A stretch of DNA of 64,000 nucleotides from Selaginella moellendorffii (lineage: Eukaryota; Plantae; Lycopodiophyta), in assembly GCF_000143415.4 (NCBI RefSeq), contig NW_003314303.1, positions 1,332,676 through 1,396,675 on the forward strand, given 5' to 3'. Made by a program: the position numbers and the translations under genes. Below, one piece after another: positions 12,601 to 25,828 of the stretch. The notes below the pieces were generated by a model. It was not told where the DNA came from. It saw nothing but the letters and a program-made list of their open reading frames with translations, and ran no database searches. Each line of letters opens with the position of its first letter. Positions within the stretch are counted from its first letter, which is position 1.

Positions 12601-15600
12601 ACTATACTTTTGGAACCCCCCACAGCCCCCCCCCCCCCACCCCCCCCCTAGGGGACGATCACTTTGGGCTTTCACCCAACTGCCTGTATTAGTATTCGGA
12701 CTCGAACTCGGACTCGAACTCGGACTCGGTCTCGGTCCCGGTTTCAGACTCGGACCTCGGTCTCGGTTCCATCTCGACTCCATCTTGGACTCCATCTCAG
12801 ACTCCATCTCGGGTCCATCTCGGACTCCATCTCGGACTCCATCTCGGGTCCATCTCAAACTCCATCTCGGGTTCATCTCGAACTCTTCCACGTGTTATGT
12901 GTTAGTCCTTTTTGGGTCCCTTTTTAGAGCCTCGCTTATTGTTCGCTTCATGCTCATTTCTCGAGCACTTTGTTGGGAGTTCCATGTAAGCAACCAAAGA
13001 GAACGACTCGAGAGATGATCCATAGGGTTCAAATATAGAAGGAAAGGGCCCATGAACAAGAGTGCACCCCCTTTTCCAATCGGTTAAGGGTCTTGGGATA
13101 CTTAAGGTTAAGCATCCTTGGGTTTGAATAGTACTAGGCTGGGTGACCTCCCAGGAAGTCCAAACTTAGGAGCTTACATTTGGTATCAGAGCGGTCTCAG
13201 GTCCGACTCTGTTGGTTGGCTTGGGGAATCACAGCACATGTTAATTGACATCTGGGTTCTGTTCACGAGGGCGTGAACTTGTAAGGAAGCATGGTGGATT
13301 GTAAGCAACCAAAGAGAACGACTCGAGAGACGATCCATAGAGTTCAAATATAGAGGGAAAGGCATAAACAAGAGTGCACCCCCTTTTCCAATCGATTAAG
13401 GGTTTTGGGATACTTGGGGTTAAGCGTCCTTGGGTTTGAATAGTACTGGGCTGGGTCTCTCGACCTATCAAATCAGAGCTTTTAGTCCAAACATGTTACG
13501 CTCGTTTGGCTTTCGCTTCAACCACTACCACATGGCACCTTTCCGGCTCCACTTTGGGGCCTAGGGATTTTGTGTCTCACAACTCCACCACCCATAGACG
13601 AAGTTCGATGTCCTCATCGAATGGTAAACCCTTTTATAAAGTAACACTCGTAGGTATTACCATTTCCATCCTTGGCACCCAACCAATATTTGTTTATGGT
13701 TTGACCCCGAAGGCTCACTATGCCTTGTCCATCCTCTAAGGAGCATAGTCTCTCCAACCTAGAGACTCACTCAACCACTTAGGGTGGTTTGCTCCCTTTT
13801 ATTGGTTCAGTTCTCGCTAAATCCGTTAGAGACACCCTCTCTAACTCAATTTCACTACTCATTCTTGAGTAGTCTTAAATTCCATTGACCTAACCTTTGC
13901 ACTTTGGAACTTTCAACTTTAACTTCTCAAAGTCAATGTCCTAGGTGTCTCCGACATCTTACGTTGCACATGGTGCAACTCCACTTCCCTATCCTAGGAA
14001 GTTCTTTACTTGAGGGTACTATCATCCTCTCTTCGATATCGTGCCACCTTTGGCACTAAGTTCCAGTTATTATAATTGGTGTTAGAGCTGCCCACGGCCC
14101 TATTATTTGGCTACCTTACCACTCCCCCCTTTGGAGCATCCACTTTTGCCAAATTAGAGCGGTTGGGAATCCATCCTTGGGGAAATATTGCCTTTCCCAT
14201 AATCCATTAGCACCCAACACGTTAGTGTTCTCAGCTTAACTTTGCCATTTGGTTTCTTTCCCATGATTCCCATGGCTTTTTTTTTAGCCACTAGTCTTTT
14301 GCTCCTATCCTTGGTTGTTGCACCCAGCAACATAGGACTGCTACCTCCCTTTTCGAGGTTTCCTTTCGGTTCCATGGCAAACACTTTGCTTTGCCAAGTC
14401 CAAAGTGTGTTGACCCCTAGCATGTCTCTTTAACATTTTCTGCCGCGGGTTCTATCCACAGCTCAACTTTTTGAGACCCTCCCTTGGATCTCTTATAGAG
14501 GCTACTTTCCTCAGATTTATTATGCAATAGCATTAATATAGTTCATTTCCCTTAAGTGTTCTTCCCACTTGGTCACCTTGACCAAGCCACACCATTATCA
14601 ATAGTTCAAATCAATGCTTTGAATTAGAAACCTTGTTCCTTAACCTCATAAGGACCTCATCCTTTTTGCCTTAGCAAGTATTCTTAGGGATGAACCTACC
14701 TGATAGCCTAGGGAGTGGTTCCTCAATCCAGGTATGCTCACCTTATAATCCCACACACCGGGATTAATGTTGCTGCTCATGGGCCTTCACTAGCCTTGCC
14801 AAAATTCCATTTTTGGCTTTGTCTAATTTGGGTAGACAGTCTTCTCCCGTCTCCACAACCTTGGACATTTGGATAGCACCTTTTATCCATCATTCGCTAG
14901 GGACTTAGTCCCTTGGGCTTTATCTATTGCCCTCGCGACACTAAACACCACCTCTTGGTGTTCCAGAGTGTTTGGGTGTCCCAATAATAGTCTCCTTGAC
15001 AATGAGCATTTCCTTTTACGACATTGACTCACTATATCGCAACATAAGCAATTTATCACCTATAAGGGTATATCTAACTTCCTTATGCTATTAAAAAGTC
15101 TTGGGTAGCTACCTTCTACCTGTTTAACCAACTATCTTTGCACCTCTTGCTTAGTTGCCCCCTAATTGTCAAGTCCTACCACTCATTGCTTGGTGCTTCC
15201 ACACCTCCAACATTATCTGGGTCACCACACTCCAATCGCATGCCTTCTAGCTTAAGCCATGCCATTCCCGCTTCCGTTGGGATTCCCTTGGCAAAAGGTT
15301 CTTATGAACCCACCATCATAACCTCAAGGTATCACACCTTGGCACATTTGGTGTCTCCACACCATCGGCCCTACGAGCCTATCCTTATGACACTACTTAT
15401 TAGTGTCTAGGTCTTTGCCAAGACCAATATAATTGTTTCTCATGCTAACTATCTGTTAATACCGCACTATAGTGTTTGCACCCAATTATGGGCCAAAGTT
15501 GCTTTCTTCTGGGAACATCTTTCCCACAACTTTAGTATGGCACATTCTGCCATCAATGAGATACCCACTGTACTCATACTTGGATCTTATGATCCTCCCC

Positions 15601-17838
15601 ATACCTCATGGGGCAACATACACCTCAGTCCAAATGCTTCTACCAATCCTTTAGGACCATTCCTTGACTCCACTTGAGTCATCAAGCATTTTGGACTTTG
15701 CTAATCCCCCGAAATATAAGGTCTTACTTTTGAGGTGCTAACTCACTGGAATATAACTTTTTATATTCAGGTCCTGCTCACAAGGACCATCTTTGCAAGT
15801 GTTACTCCAACACTTGATTTGTTCTCTTGGGGCAACCTTTTGCCCCTTATGACCACTTGTCCATGTGATGAGAACACCAACTCATCCTCTGAGTACACCC
15901 CCAACTCCTTGGGTTGTTCCAGCATTTATTAAAGGTAGCTCTGGCTACCATTTCAAGGACTTATATCCTCTTCTATATTTGACCTCTCATGGTCATCAAT
16001 TTCAGTCTCAAAGTTGTGAACACCAACCTCAACTATATGAGGGTAATCTTGTAACTCCTTTATTGTTTTGGAGTCTGCATATTTCCCGTGATCCCAACTG
16101 TAGTTGTTTACCACAACTACTTCAGCCAGTTTGCTAAGTCAAACGCTCATCTGGATCACATCCTCAGCTCTCTAAGGAAATCCTTATACTGTTCCCAAGA
16201 TGCCAAAGTCGTTCCCTTACTGGCCCTTTTCTATCCACCACATCATGCCCAAGTTCACGCATGAACTTGAGTGGAGAGCCATGTCCTCTCGACATGCTAT
16301 TCCTCAAGGATAGGCCCACTCCTAGGACCTTCTGATGCCAACATCAATGGTGATATACATGAGCACCAATAAAAGTCAGACTAAGGAACAGCTCCGATAC
16401 CAAGTTGTAAGCGACTAAATTTTCTATTCTACTTTAGTCACTTAACCACACCTCTGACCACTTGGAGGAGTCTCATTCACAACCTCCATAAGTCCAATTC
16501 AGGACTTGGGACTTGCTAGTCCCGAGAATGGCATCTATGCCACTCAACCCTTGCACTTGGTCCAAGTGCTCCACGTGTCCAGTCCCAAGACCGACACCCA
16601 AAGTTACCACTGACATATCGGCCTATTACGCTAAGGCCATGCCCATTCACCTTTGCCGCACTGGTGGTCTAATACCACTTGCATCACAATCCTATCTCTC
16701 CAAGATTGGGCCGTCCGTCCACAAGTGGTCATCCCAAATCCACTCCTTAGCATCCTTAGAATGCCCACAGACATGGGGAATAGCCTTCCCCAACATCCTT
16801 TTGTCAGTTCCTACCAAGTCCCTTTTTCATCCATGGCCATGTTCACCAACACTGCCACTAGATCAAGGCCCACAGGCCCGGCCACTAAGTCCCATTGTCC
16901 TCTGGGACTTCCTCACCATGTAACCGTATCTGTAGTCATTACACTAGAGGATTGCTCCTCCTCCTTTCCCCCATTTGGGACTTCGGGACAACATTTTGGA
17001 ACACCGTGGCCCTACGCGAGCCCCGTGGGTACTCTCCCCACCTTCCGCCTTTAGGTGCTCTAGCCATGGGCTTAGAACGAGGTTCCGTTGAGCCACACCA
17101 GGTATCCAAGTAGGTAGTGCCACCCACACTTGGATTGGGAGCATCGGCCAGTCGATCTCCCGGGGGAACTAGAGCCAGCTCTTGAACACTTCACCAAGCT
17201 ACCCCACTTGTCGGTCCGTATTCACTCTAGTCTTGGACTTCCCAGAGGTCAGTTCATCACCCAACCAACACTGGGTCTAGCCTTCCTGGGCCAAACTAGC
17301 CTTTCCTGGGCCAAACTGGCCTTTCCTGGCCAAATTGGCTCCACTAGGCTCCAACCCCCACACTCTCCCTACTATACTTTTGAAACCCCCCGCAGCCCCC
17401 CCCCCCCCGGGGATGATCGCTTTGGGCTTTCACCCAACTGCCTATATTAGTATTCAGACTCGGACTCGGTCTCGGTCCCGGTTTCGGACTAGGACTTGGT
17501 CTTGGTCTTGGTCTCGGTCTCGGTTCCATCACGGACTCCATCCTGGGTCCATCTTGGACTCCATCTCGGACTCCGTCTCGGGTCCATCTCAAACTCCATC
17601 TCGGACTCTTCCACGTGTCATGTGTTATTCCTTTTTGGGTCCCTTTTTAGAGCCTTGCTTATTGCTCGCTTCGTGCTCATTCCTCAAGCACTTTGTTGGG
17701 AGTTCCACTCCCGCTCTCAACCTATCAAGTCGGAGCTTTTAGTCCAAACGTGTTACGCTCGTTTGGCTTTCGCTTCAGCCACTACCACATGGCACCCTTC
17801 TGGCTCCACTTTGGGGCCTAGGGATTTTGTGTCTCACA
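12601..17838 (-). mobile_element. Degenerate LTR retrotransposon with a ~1.43-kb LTR, non-autonomous (gag remnant only)
   Basis: The 5' LTR spans 17838-16406 (TGTGAGAC...CTTACA), followed by a tRNA-Met-type PBS TGGTATCGGAGC at 16402-16391. A polypurine tract gggtggtggag precedes the 3' LTR, which starts at 13581 and is truncated at ~12601. The LTRs carry poly-C and (GGACTC/GGTCTC)n and GGACTCCATCTC repeats. No intact pol. Confidence 0.75.
12985..13456 (+). mobile_element. Cassandra-type TRIM with 5S-rRNA-like LTR core, nested in an LTR
   Basis: LTR1 12985-13178 (TGTAAGC...GCTTACA); PBS TGGTATCAGAGC at 13181-13192; ~120-bp non-coding interior; LTR2 from 13300, truncated at 13456. The LTR core GTTAAGC.TCCTTGGG...TAGTACT.GGCTGGGTGACCTCCCAGGAAGTCC resembles the 5S rRNA box A to box C region. 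Confidence 0.88.
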
Positions 17839-19130
17839 CACCCCACCCCTCAAGTTGAGCCCATATAAAGGTAAACTAAACTTGCTAACTATCAATGTCA
17901 ACATGTGGTGTGAAATCAATTTCAACACCGATTAGAAAAAGGGGTACCATTTTATTCACCTTCTATATTTGAATCGTCTTTTAAGTTATTCTCTTTAGTT
18001 GTTTACAATTTACCATATTTCCTTGTAAGCTTCCTCATGAATGGAAGTTGAGATTTGTACCTCTCCCGAGAGGCCTGCTCCCTCATGAATGAAAGTCAAG
18101 AGCTATAGCTCTTCTGAGAGGCTCGGTCTCTTGACACCCTACCCCTCAAATCGATTCCACTCGAAGGCAAACTGAATTTACCAAATATCAATCTCAACAT
18201 GTAATGTGATTCATTTTGCCAATGAATAAAGTCAAACTTAAAATCTCTTTTAAATCGTTCTCTTTAGTTATTTATAATCCATCATGCTTCCTTGTAAGCT
18301 TCCTTATGAATGGAAGTCGAGAGCTATAACTCTCCCGAGAGGCTCAGTCCCTCATGAATGAAAGTCTAAGAGTTGTAGCTCTCTTGAGAGGCCCGGTCTC
18401 TTGACACCCTACCCCTCAAATCGAGTCCACTCGAAGGCAAACTAAATTTACCAAATGTCAATCTCAATATGTAATATAATTCATCTTGCCAATGAATAAA
18501 GTCAAACTTAAAATTTTTTTTAAATTGTTCTCTTTAGTTGTTTATAATCCACCATGCTTCCTTGTAAGCTTCCTCATGAATGGAAGTCGAGAGCTATAAC
18601 TCTCCCGAGAGGCCTAGTCCCTCATGAATGAAAGTCTAAGAGTTGTAAATCTCTTGAGAGGCCCAGTCTCTTGACACTCTACCCTTCATATCGAGTCCAT
18701 CCAGAGGCAAACTGAATTTACCAAATATCAATCTTAACATGTAGTGTGATTCCTCTCGCTAATCAATAAAATCAAACCTAAAATCTCTCTAATACCTACC
18801 AAATATCAATCTCAACATGTGGTGTGATTCCAATCAAGTCAAACTTGAAATCCCTCTAATATCTACTAAATGTCAATCTCAACATGTAGTGTGATTCCTC
18901 TCACCAACCAACAAAGTCAAACATGAAATCTTTTTAATACCAAATGTAAACTCTTGAATTTAAACTTTTAAAAGGTCCACTACTTTAACATTATTCAACC
19001 TAAAGATAATGAACCTTAAATATCTTAAAACTATTAACTGCACTTTTATTCATAAGCCCTTTTCCCTCTATATTTGAACCTAAAATTCATCTCTCAAATA
19101 GTTCTCTATAATTGATTACAAAGACAAAAT
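17839..19130 (-). mobile_element. Degenerate tandem Cassandra-type TRIM array (~300-bp units)
   Basis: Repeated ccatgcttccttgtaagcttcctcatgaatggaagtc and ttgacaccctacccctcaaatcga units. Confidence 0.7.
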
Positions 19131-19588
19131 GTTATAAGAAATCTTTTGCAAACTTACCTTGTTTTTAATGAAGTGGCTACCTTGAATGCACTCTATGTCC
19201 TCTTCAACCATCACAAATATCTTTCTTTAGTGCACCATGTGAGGAAAATGTCTTCACAAGTGTTTCTATCTTATTTAGGTGTGATATAGAAGAACTTAAT
19301 GAAGAATTATCTTTGGGAAAGACAAGATATGTCCAGGGAATGGTCCTTGGAATGCCAAATTTCCTGAGAAGAAGACACTCGAGAGTTTTAAGAATTTCGA
19401 GACTTTTGGACAGACTTTGAATGGGAAAGTCAAGACAACACAAGAAAGAAATAAACAATATTTTACACTATTAATCTCCTACAAATCTAAGATCTTACCA
19501 TGTTACAGTAGCTGAAAGTCCAAGTCCAACTTGGAGAGCTATAAATCTTACCCAAGTTTTCAAGAGAAAGGAGAACTAATATATTATT

Positions 19589-22027
19589 ATGGATGTCGGA
19601 TGGAAGGATTTGAGTGTGAGTGCGAGCAATGGACGAGTGTTGCTGGAGAGTATGTGCGGCTATGCCCAGAGCAGCCAAATCACGGCGATCATGGGTCCTT
19701 CGGGATCCGGAAAGTCCACCTTGCTCGATGCACTTACTGGTATAGTTTTCCAAGATTGATTTGGGTTTGGGCAATAGATTAAAGCTCGAGATTCTTGCAT
19801 TGTCGTTCATCACAGGGAGATTGGCCAAGAACGCAAGGCGAGAAGGATCCATTTTTGTGAATGGGAATCTCCAGACGAACATGAGGCATGGGACTGCGGT
19901 GTGTATAAACATTTGATTCTGTGATTCTCAAACTTTCTGTCATAGCCCTATGTGAAACAAGAAGATGTTTTGCTAGGAACACTCACTGTCTTGGAGACAA
20001 TCACTTACTCTGCTCAATTGAGGCTGCCTCACTCACTGCCCCAAAGCCAAAAGATGGAGATGGTTGAGAGTGTGATCACTGAGATGGGGCTTGGAGATTG
20101 CAAGTATACAGTGGTGGGAGGTTGGTTCTCGCGTGGATTGAGCGGAGGGGAGAAACGAAGAGTGAGCATTGCTCTGGAGATTCTAACTCAACCATCTCTT
20201 TTGTTCATGACGAACCAACCAGTGGTTTAGACAGGTGAATATTTATATGATTTTTAAGTCTGGTTTATCATAATTTTTATTTGATGTTTTTCTTTGCAGT
20301 GCATCCGCGTTTTATGTGATTAAAACAATTAAGAACCTCGCTACTTCAAAACGCACTGTTATTATGTCAATTCACCAGCCAAGTAGCGAAGTGTTTGAGC
20401 AGTTTGATAACCTTTGCCTACTATCTTAGGGAGCACTTGTATATTTTGGAGATGCCATGGAAGCTAGCACGGTACTTTTCTCAAATTTGATATTCTTTAT
20501 GTTTTATATTTTATTTTAGTTCTTCGAGAGTGCTGGATTTCCTTGTCCTCTCCGAAGAAATCCATCAGACCACTATCTTAGAGTTATTAATTCGGATTTT
20601 GACAATGTTCAAAACAAGTTTAAGGTATTAATTTGTACTATTTTCTGGAGATTTTTTTTCTTAATATTCATCTCAATTTGAACAGGAAGATATTGAAACT
20701 CAAGAAAAAGTTCCAGCTTCTGAAGCAATCAAAGTGCTTACAAATGCATTTCAGAATTTGCATTTGAGATCCCTCCTCACAAAAGTTGACATTCTTTGTG
20801 TGACTAAGGTGAACCTTCTAGACAGTTTGTGTGACACACCTGGTGCAAGGGTAAATGACTTGATTTTTTAAAATATTATGATTATTAATGGATTACTATT
20901 TATAGAATGAATGCATCCAGATGCCTCAAGCAGGAGTTCTCCATCAGCTTTCCACGTTAACTAGAAGATCATTTATAAATATGACAAGAGATATTGGATA
21001 CTATTGGCTGAGAATCTTTGTGTACTTTATGCTTAGCATCGTAATTGGCAGTATATATTTTAATGTTGGCACCAAATACAACTCCATTGCAGTAAGAGAA
21101 TACCAAAAAATATTCCTAACCATGGTTAAGCTCGTTTGTTTTTTTTAAGGCAAGGATTGGCTGTATGGCTTTTATTGGTAAATTTCTTACATTTATGTCA
21201 ATTGGAGGTTTTCCATCTTTCATTGAAGAGATTAAGGTATGGGATAGTTCTGAATTGTCTTGTTTTCATATCCAGTGATATTTTCTTCAGGTTTTTAATC
21301 ATGAGAAACAAAATGGTTACTATGGTCCCATTGTGTTTACTCTCGCAAACACACTCTCTTCCATTCCTTATCTCCTTCTTATTTCATTGATATCAACAAG
21401 TGTATTTTATAATATGGTTAAACTCCACCCAGGCTTTGATCACTTCATATTTTTTGTGTTGAACTTATTTGCATCTGTGAGTGTGGTGGAGAGCTTGATG
21501 ATGTGTGTAGCATCAATTGTTCCTAATTTTCTCATGGGAATAATTACAGGATCTGGAATCTTGGTAAAATCTCTTTATATTTTTTAAACCGTTTCTAATA
21601 CGATTTTTCAGGGGTTATGCATGCTTGTTGACGGATTTTTTAAACTTGCTAATGAACTGCCAAAAGGCTTTTGGAAATATCCAATGCATTATATAGCATT
21701 TCAAACATATTTACTTCAGGTAAACAAATAATATTTACTTTCTTGAAATTAATAAAATTATAACAGGGTCTTTATGAAAATGATTTTCAAGGGCTTGAGT
21801 TTGATAATAATGATATTTCTGAAGGAAAGCTATCAGGAACAACAATTCTTAAACAGTATCAAGTAGATCTCTCAAGATCTAAATGGTTGAACTTTATAAT
21901 CCTGTTAAGCATGATTTTGGTTTATCGAGCAATTTTTATTACTATCATCAAACTCACTCAGCTCATAGATGGGAAAACTCTGATGTTTAAAATTAATAGT
22001 AGGACCTCTAAGAAAATAAATGCTTAA
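19589..22027 (+). pseudogene. ABCG11-like copy 2, pseudogene
   Basis: Full-length paralogue with a 1-bp deletion in Walker B at ~20209 ([10 protein letters not shown]) and CAG>TAG at 20427-20429. Confidence 0.88.
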
Positions 22028-22032
22028 AATTA

Positions 22033-22992
22033 AAAGTATGGCTTTGTGAGCTTGTCATTCACGTTTCACTTATCATATTTATAAATGATCTTCTGGCATT
22101 TGGAGCTACATTAGTAATCATAATTTTATAAAAAGTTTATGTGTCACCCGAATTGTCTTCAACCTTCACCTACCTTTTGTGTGGAGCAAGTTCAAATGCA
22201 AAATGAGAACTGGAACACAATATGCTTTTGTAGGAAATGCATTTGTAAGCACTTTGATTTCTTCGTAATTATCTTTCGAGTTAGCCAAATGCCTTAGTCA
22301 TGTAATTAGTGACACCCATGAATGGGATTCCCACTGCCCCTATCTCCTGTTCAGATCATTAAGAAAATTTTCCTAAAAAGTTATACAGATGAAAATACCT
22401 TAAACGCTGTCAAAGTCCGAATTGATAAAAAGAATACCACGCTATCTTCCATGGTATTTCCAAAATATACAAGCCACGTTGCTTGAGAGATTAAGCAAAG
22501 ATTATTAAACTGCTAAAACACTGTCTGGTGAATTTGACGTGATAAAAGTGCGCCTGGATCTAATCACATATCAAGCAGATGCTCTGCACAGAAAATCATC
22601 AAATAAATCAGACATAATAATTACTTCTCTAAACCACTAAGAGATGACTGCGTTTGGGTGTCCGAAGTAATGCTCACTTTTCGTTTCTTCCCTCCACTCA
22701 ATCCACGCGAGAACCACTGTCTCCAAGCCCTATCTCACTCTCAACCATCTCCATCTTTTGGCTGCGTGGTAGGCTGCCTCAAATAAGCAGAGTAAGTGAT
22801 TGTCTCCAGAACAGTGAGCTTTCCCAGCAAAACATGCTCTTGATTTACATAAGCATCTGATAGAAAGCTTGAGAATCACTAAATCAAATGTTTATACACA
22901 CCGCAGTTCCATGCCTCATGTTTGTCCGGAAATTCCCATTGGATCCTTCTCACCTCACAATCTACCTGTGATGAACGACAATGCAAGAATCT
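22033..22992 (-). pseudogene. Inverted ABCG fragment I3
   Basis: Near-identical to 228-1170 and abuts the copy 2 stop. Confidence 0.85.
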
Positions 22993-23152
22993 TAGTCTCA
23001 AACACGTGATCAATCTTTAGAGAGTCTTGCGACGTCACTGAAAGACTCGTTGACTTTGGAGATGGGTTGCGTAAAGTATATATATCCCACCACACAAACT
23101 TTTGTTTGAGTTGATGCGAAACGAATATACTAGTACATAGCGCTCAAGAACC

Positions 23153-25210
23153 CTAGAATCGGAAGGTAACGAGCTCGGGATCAATGCCGGCGGGCGCCGT
23201 GCTTCCCTGGCCTGGATCGTGTGCCAGCTGCTTGGCAATCGCCATAGCGGTACCCAGGTAATCTTTGTGCTGCTGGAGCAGTGGGAGTTTGGTCCATTCC
23301 TTGTGTAATGTGGCCTTGGCGGTGGTGTTGATGCTGTTCTTCTCCTCGTATTTCCAGTTCCCAGTCTGCCACTCGAATTCGTAGAGGGGGAGAAAGCGCT
23401 GGCCATAGTCCGCCACGAACTCTATGGCGCACAGCAAGAAATGGAACTCTTCCTTGGAGAGGAAGTATGCGAAGTTCAAGCGCGTCCATCCAGGTTTGAC
23501 ACCGCTATATCCCTGTGAGAAAAAAAAAACCTTTCCTCGTTAGAAAAAGCTCCTTGGTGAAACCTTCTATTGTTTTGCTTCTCAACCTCTTGAATTGCTG
23601 CTCGAAATTTCAGGGAGAGCTCATCACTGACTTTGAGAAGCGAGTGGCCGTAAGGACCGGCACACGAGCACCCTCCTCTCGACTGGATCCCAAACAAATC
23701 GTTGAGGAGCTTGGCTACAAACCGGCCTTGCAGCACGGTTTGCTGGATTCCACCGTTGGAATCAGTGGTCCGGACGAGGAACGAGACGATCGCTGCTCGT
23801 TTCACTTGCGTGTTCCCGAGCACCACTATCTTTCGGTTCTTGGACAATCTTTTCAACGCGGTGGTGATGAAGTTGTGCTCTCTCGACTCGATGAGACGGT
23901 ATCCCATTTCTTCTTGGACAGTGAAGACAATCCCGGCTTTTATCCGCTGGAGTATGGAAGGTGTTCCAGCGTCTTCTCGGCTTTCAATGTCCTCCAGGTA
24001 GAGTGTGTCCTGAGTTTGTTTAGTGTTGGTTTTCTTTTTTCTTTCGCTGGAAAGGGAACTGACCTCTTTGTTGTAGTTGACGAAGTCTACCACTCCTCCG
24101 CCTGTTGTCGACGGTGCGTGATCCTTGAGCTTGTAGAGCTTTTTGTTCATGCAAAGCAGGCCCGGTGTTCCTGGCCCTCCGACATACTTGTGTGGACTCA
24201 GCATCACAGCATCGTATCCATCAGCTTTTTGCGATCGCATGTTGATCTTCACGTATGGACCGCTGTTGATCAGATTCGGCAAGTAAGCTTCTTTTCGTCC
24301 TTGTAAAAACTCTCGTCTTACCAGCTTGCGAAATCAAAACATGCTAATGCTCCATGTTTGTGTAGAAGGCGAGCGATGGCTCTAGTGTCCGCGAAAACTC
24401 CCGTGACATTACTGCAAGCAGAGAAGGAGCCAAGCATTGGACGATCTGCGTGCTTGGGATTTTGCAACTCCTCTTCGAGGTACTTCATGTCAATCAATCC
24501 ATCCTCGGTCATTGGAACTTGAATAACCTGTGGTTTAAACAGTTGACAGATTGAAAGAAACGAAACAGTCCAACCTCAGCAAGACTTTGCCTCCAGGGAA
24601 GAATGTTGGAATGATGCTCGTATGGGCCTATGAACACCAGCCATCTCTTTCTGTCAGTGATCGCTGCCACGGCTGACTCTCTCATTTGGGGCGGCACAGA
24701 CAAGCCCAAAAGTTCGTGGAGCTTTTTCGCAGCTGCAGTGGTTCCAGAGCCGCAGAAGAAGAGAGCATCATCCTCGGTTCCTCCCAGGGACTCCTTGACA
24801 TAACTCGTGGCCAGTTTCACCATCCGGGTGGTCTTCTCTCCGACGTAGCTGTCCTCGGCATGCGTGTTCCCTGAAACAGAATGCAGCGGGTCCAGATATG
24901 CAGAAGAGAATTCACGGCTTCACTCACCGTAGGACGGCATGACGTGCTTGATGAGGAAGTTTTCTATATAGAACAAGCAGCGGCCAGAGGCAGTGTAATC
25001 GGCATAAGTGAGAAGCCTGCTGCCGAATGGTGTGGAGATTTGGAGCTGGGAGCCGATGATCTGGGATCTGAGCCAGACACACTTTTGCTCATCGTCAAAG
25101 GGCCTGAAGAACTTGAAAGGATTGGGCTTGAAGTTTGGCTGCCAATCCTCCTCGATGCTGGGAGTTACCTTGCCGACCTTGGAAGCCGACTTTGGAGTAA
25201 AGCACCTCAT
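23153..25210 (-). CDS. PLP-dependent cysteine-desulfurase-like protein, copy C (apparently intact)
   Basis: ATG (MRCFTPK) at 25210; same six exons, last exon 23512-23153; catalytic motifs intact. Confidence 0.88.
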
Positions 25211-25828
25211 CGTCTTACCGGTGAGCCTCTCCTACTTTGCTTGTGATGCGTTCGCTACACATCATTACGGTATGAGACGAGATGCTGTAAGACATCGTTT
25301 GCAAACTTACCTGTTCTTAATGAAGTGGCTGCCTCGAATGCACTCCTGCTCCTCTTCAGCCATCGCAAATATCCTGTTTTAGTGCACCGCGTGAGGAAAA
25401 TGTCTTCACAGATGACCGGTGGATTTCTGTCCTATTTTGCCAGACATATTTTGTCAAGCTTGACAAATTCTAAGGATATCGAGAGGTGTCGGCTTGATTA
25501 TGAAGTCCTAGTCTTTTGTTGACAAGCTTCTTCCTTGCAGAGCATTGAGGCGTGACATGGAAGAACTTAATGGGGAGTTACCTTTGGGAAAGACAAGATA
25601 TGTCCAAAGAGCAGTCCTTGGAATGCCAAATTTCCTGAGAAGAGAAGGACAGACTTCGAATGGGAAAGTCAAGTCAACACAAGAAAGAAAGTACACAATA
25701 TTTTTCACTATTAATCTTCTACCAATCTAAGATCTTACCGTGTTACAGTAGCTGAAAGTCCAAGTCCAACTTGGAGAGCTATAAATCTTACCCAAGTTTT
25801 CATGAGAAAGAAGAACTGATATATTATT
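25211..25828. promoter_or_regulatory. Compact 618-bp divergent intergenic region (putative bidirectional promoter)
   Basis: It separates the ATGs of PLP copy C and ABCG copy 3. It contains TATAAAT at 25780-25786 and the perfect palindrome TTTGTCAAGCTTGACAAA at 25450-25467, with no TE insertion. Confidence 0.55.

Noticed and set aside
12698-12885. CRISPR-like array or Arg/Pro-rich protein
   Set aside because: 6- and 12-bp tandem repeats inside LTRs with no unique spacers, in eukaryotic DNA.
13106-13161. 5S rRNA gene
   Set aside because: Only the internal promoter portion is present, embedded in TRIM LTRs.
12601-17838. Penelope/DIRS element or hammerhead ribozyme (DIDSLYRNI-like string at ~15020; CTGAAGCGAAA in the repeats)
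   Set aside because: TG..CA LTR ends, a Met-tRNA PBS and a PPT define a conventional minus-strand LTR element, and I found no complete CUGANGA/GAAA core.
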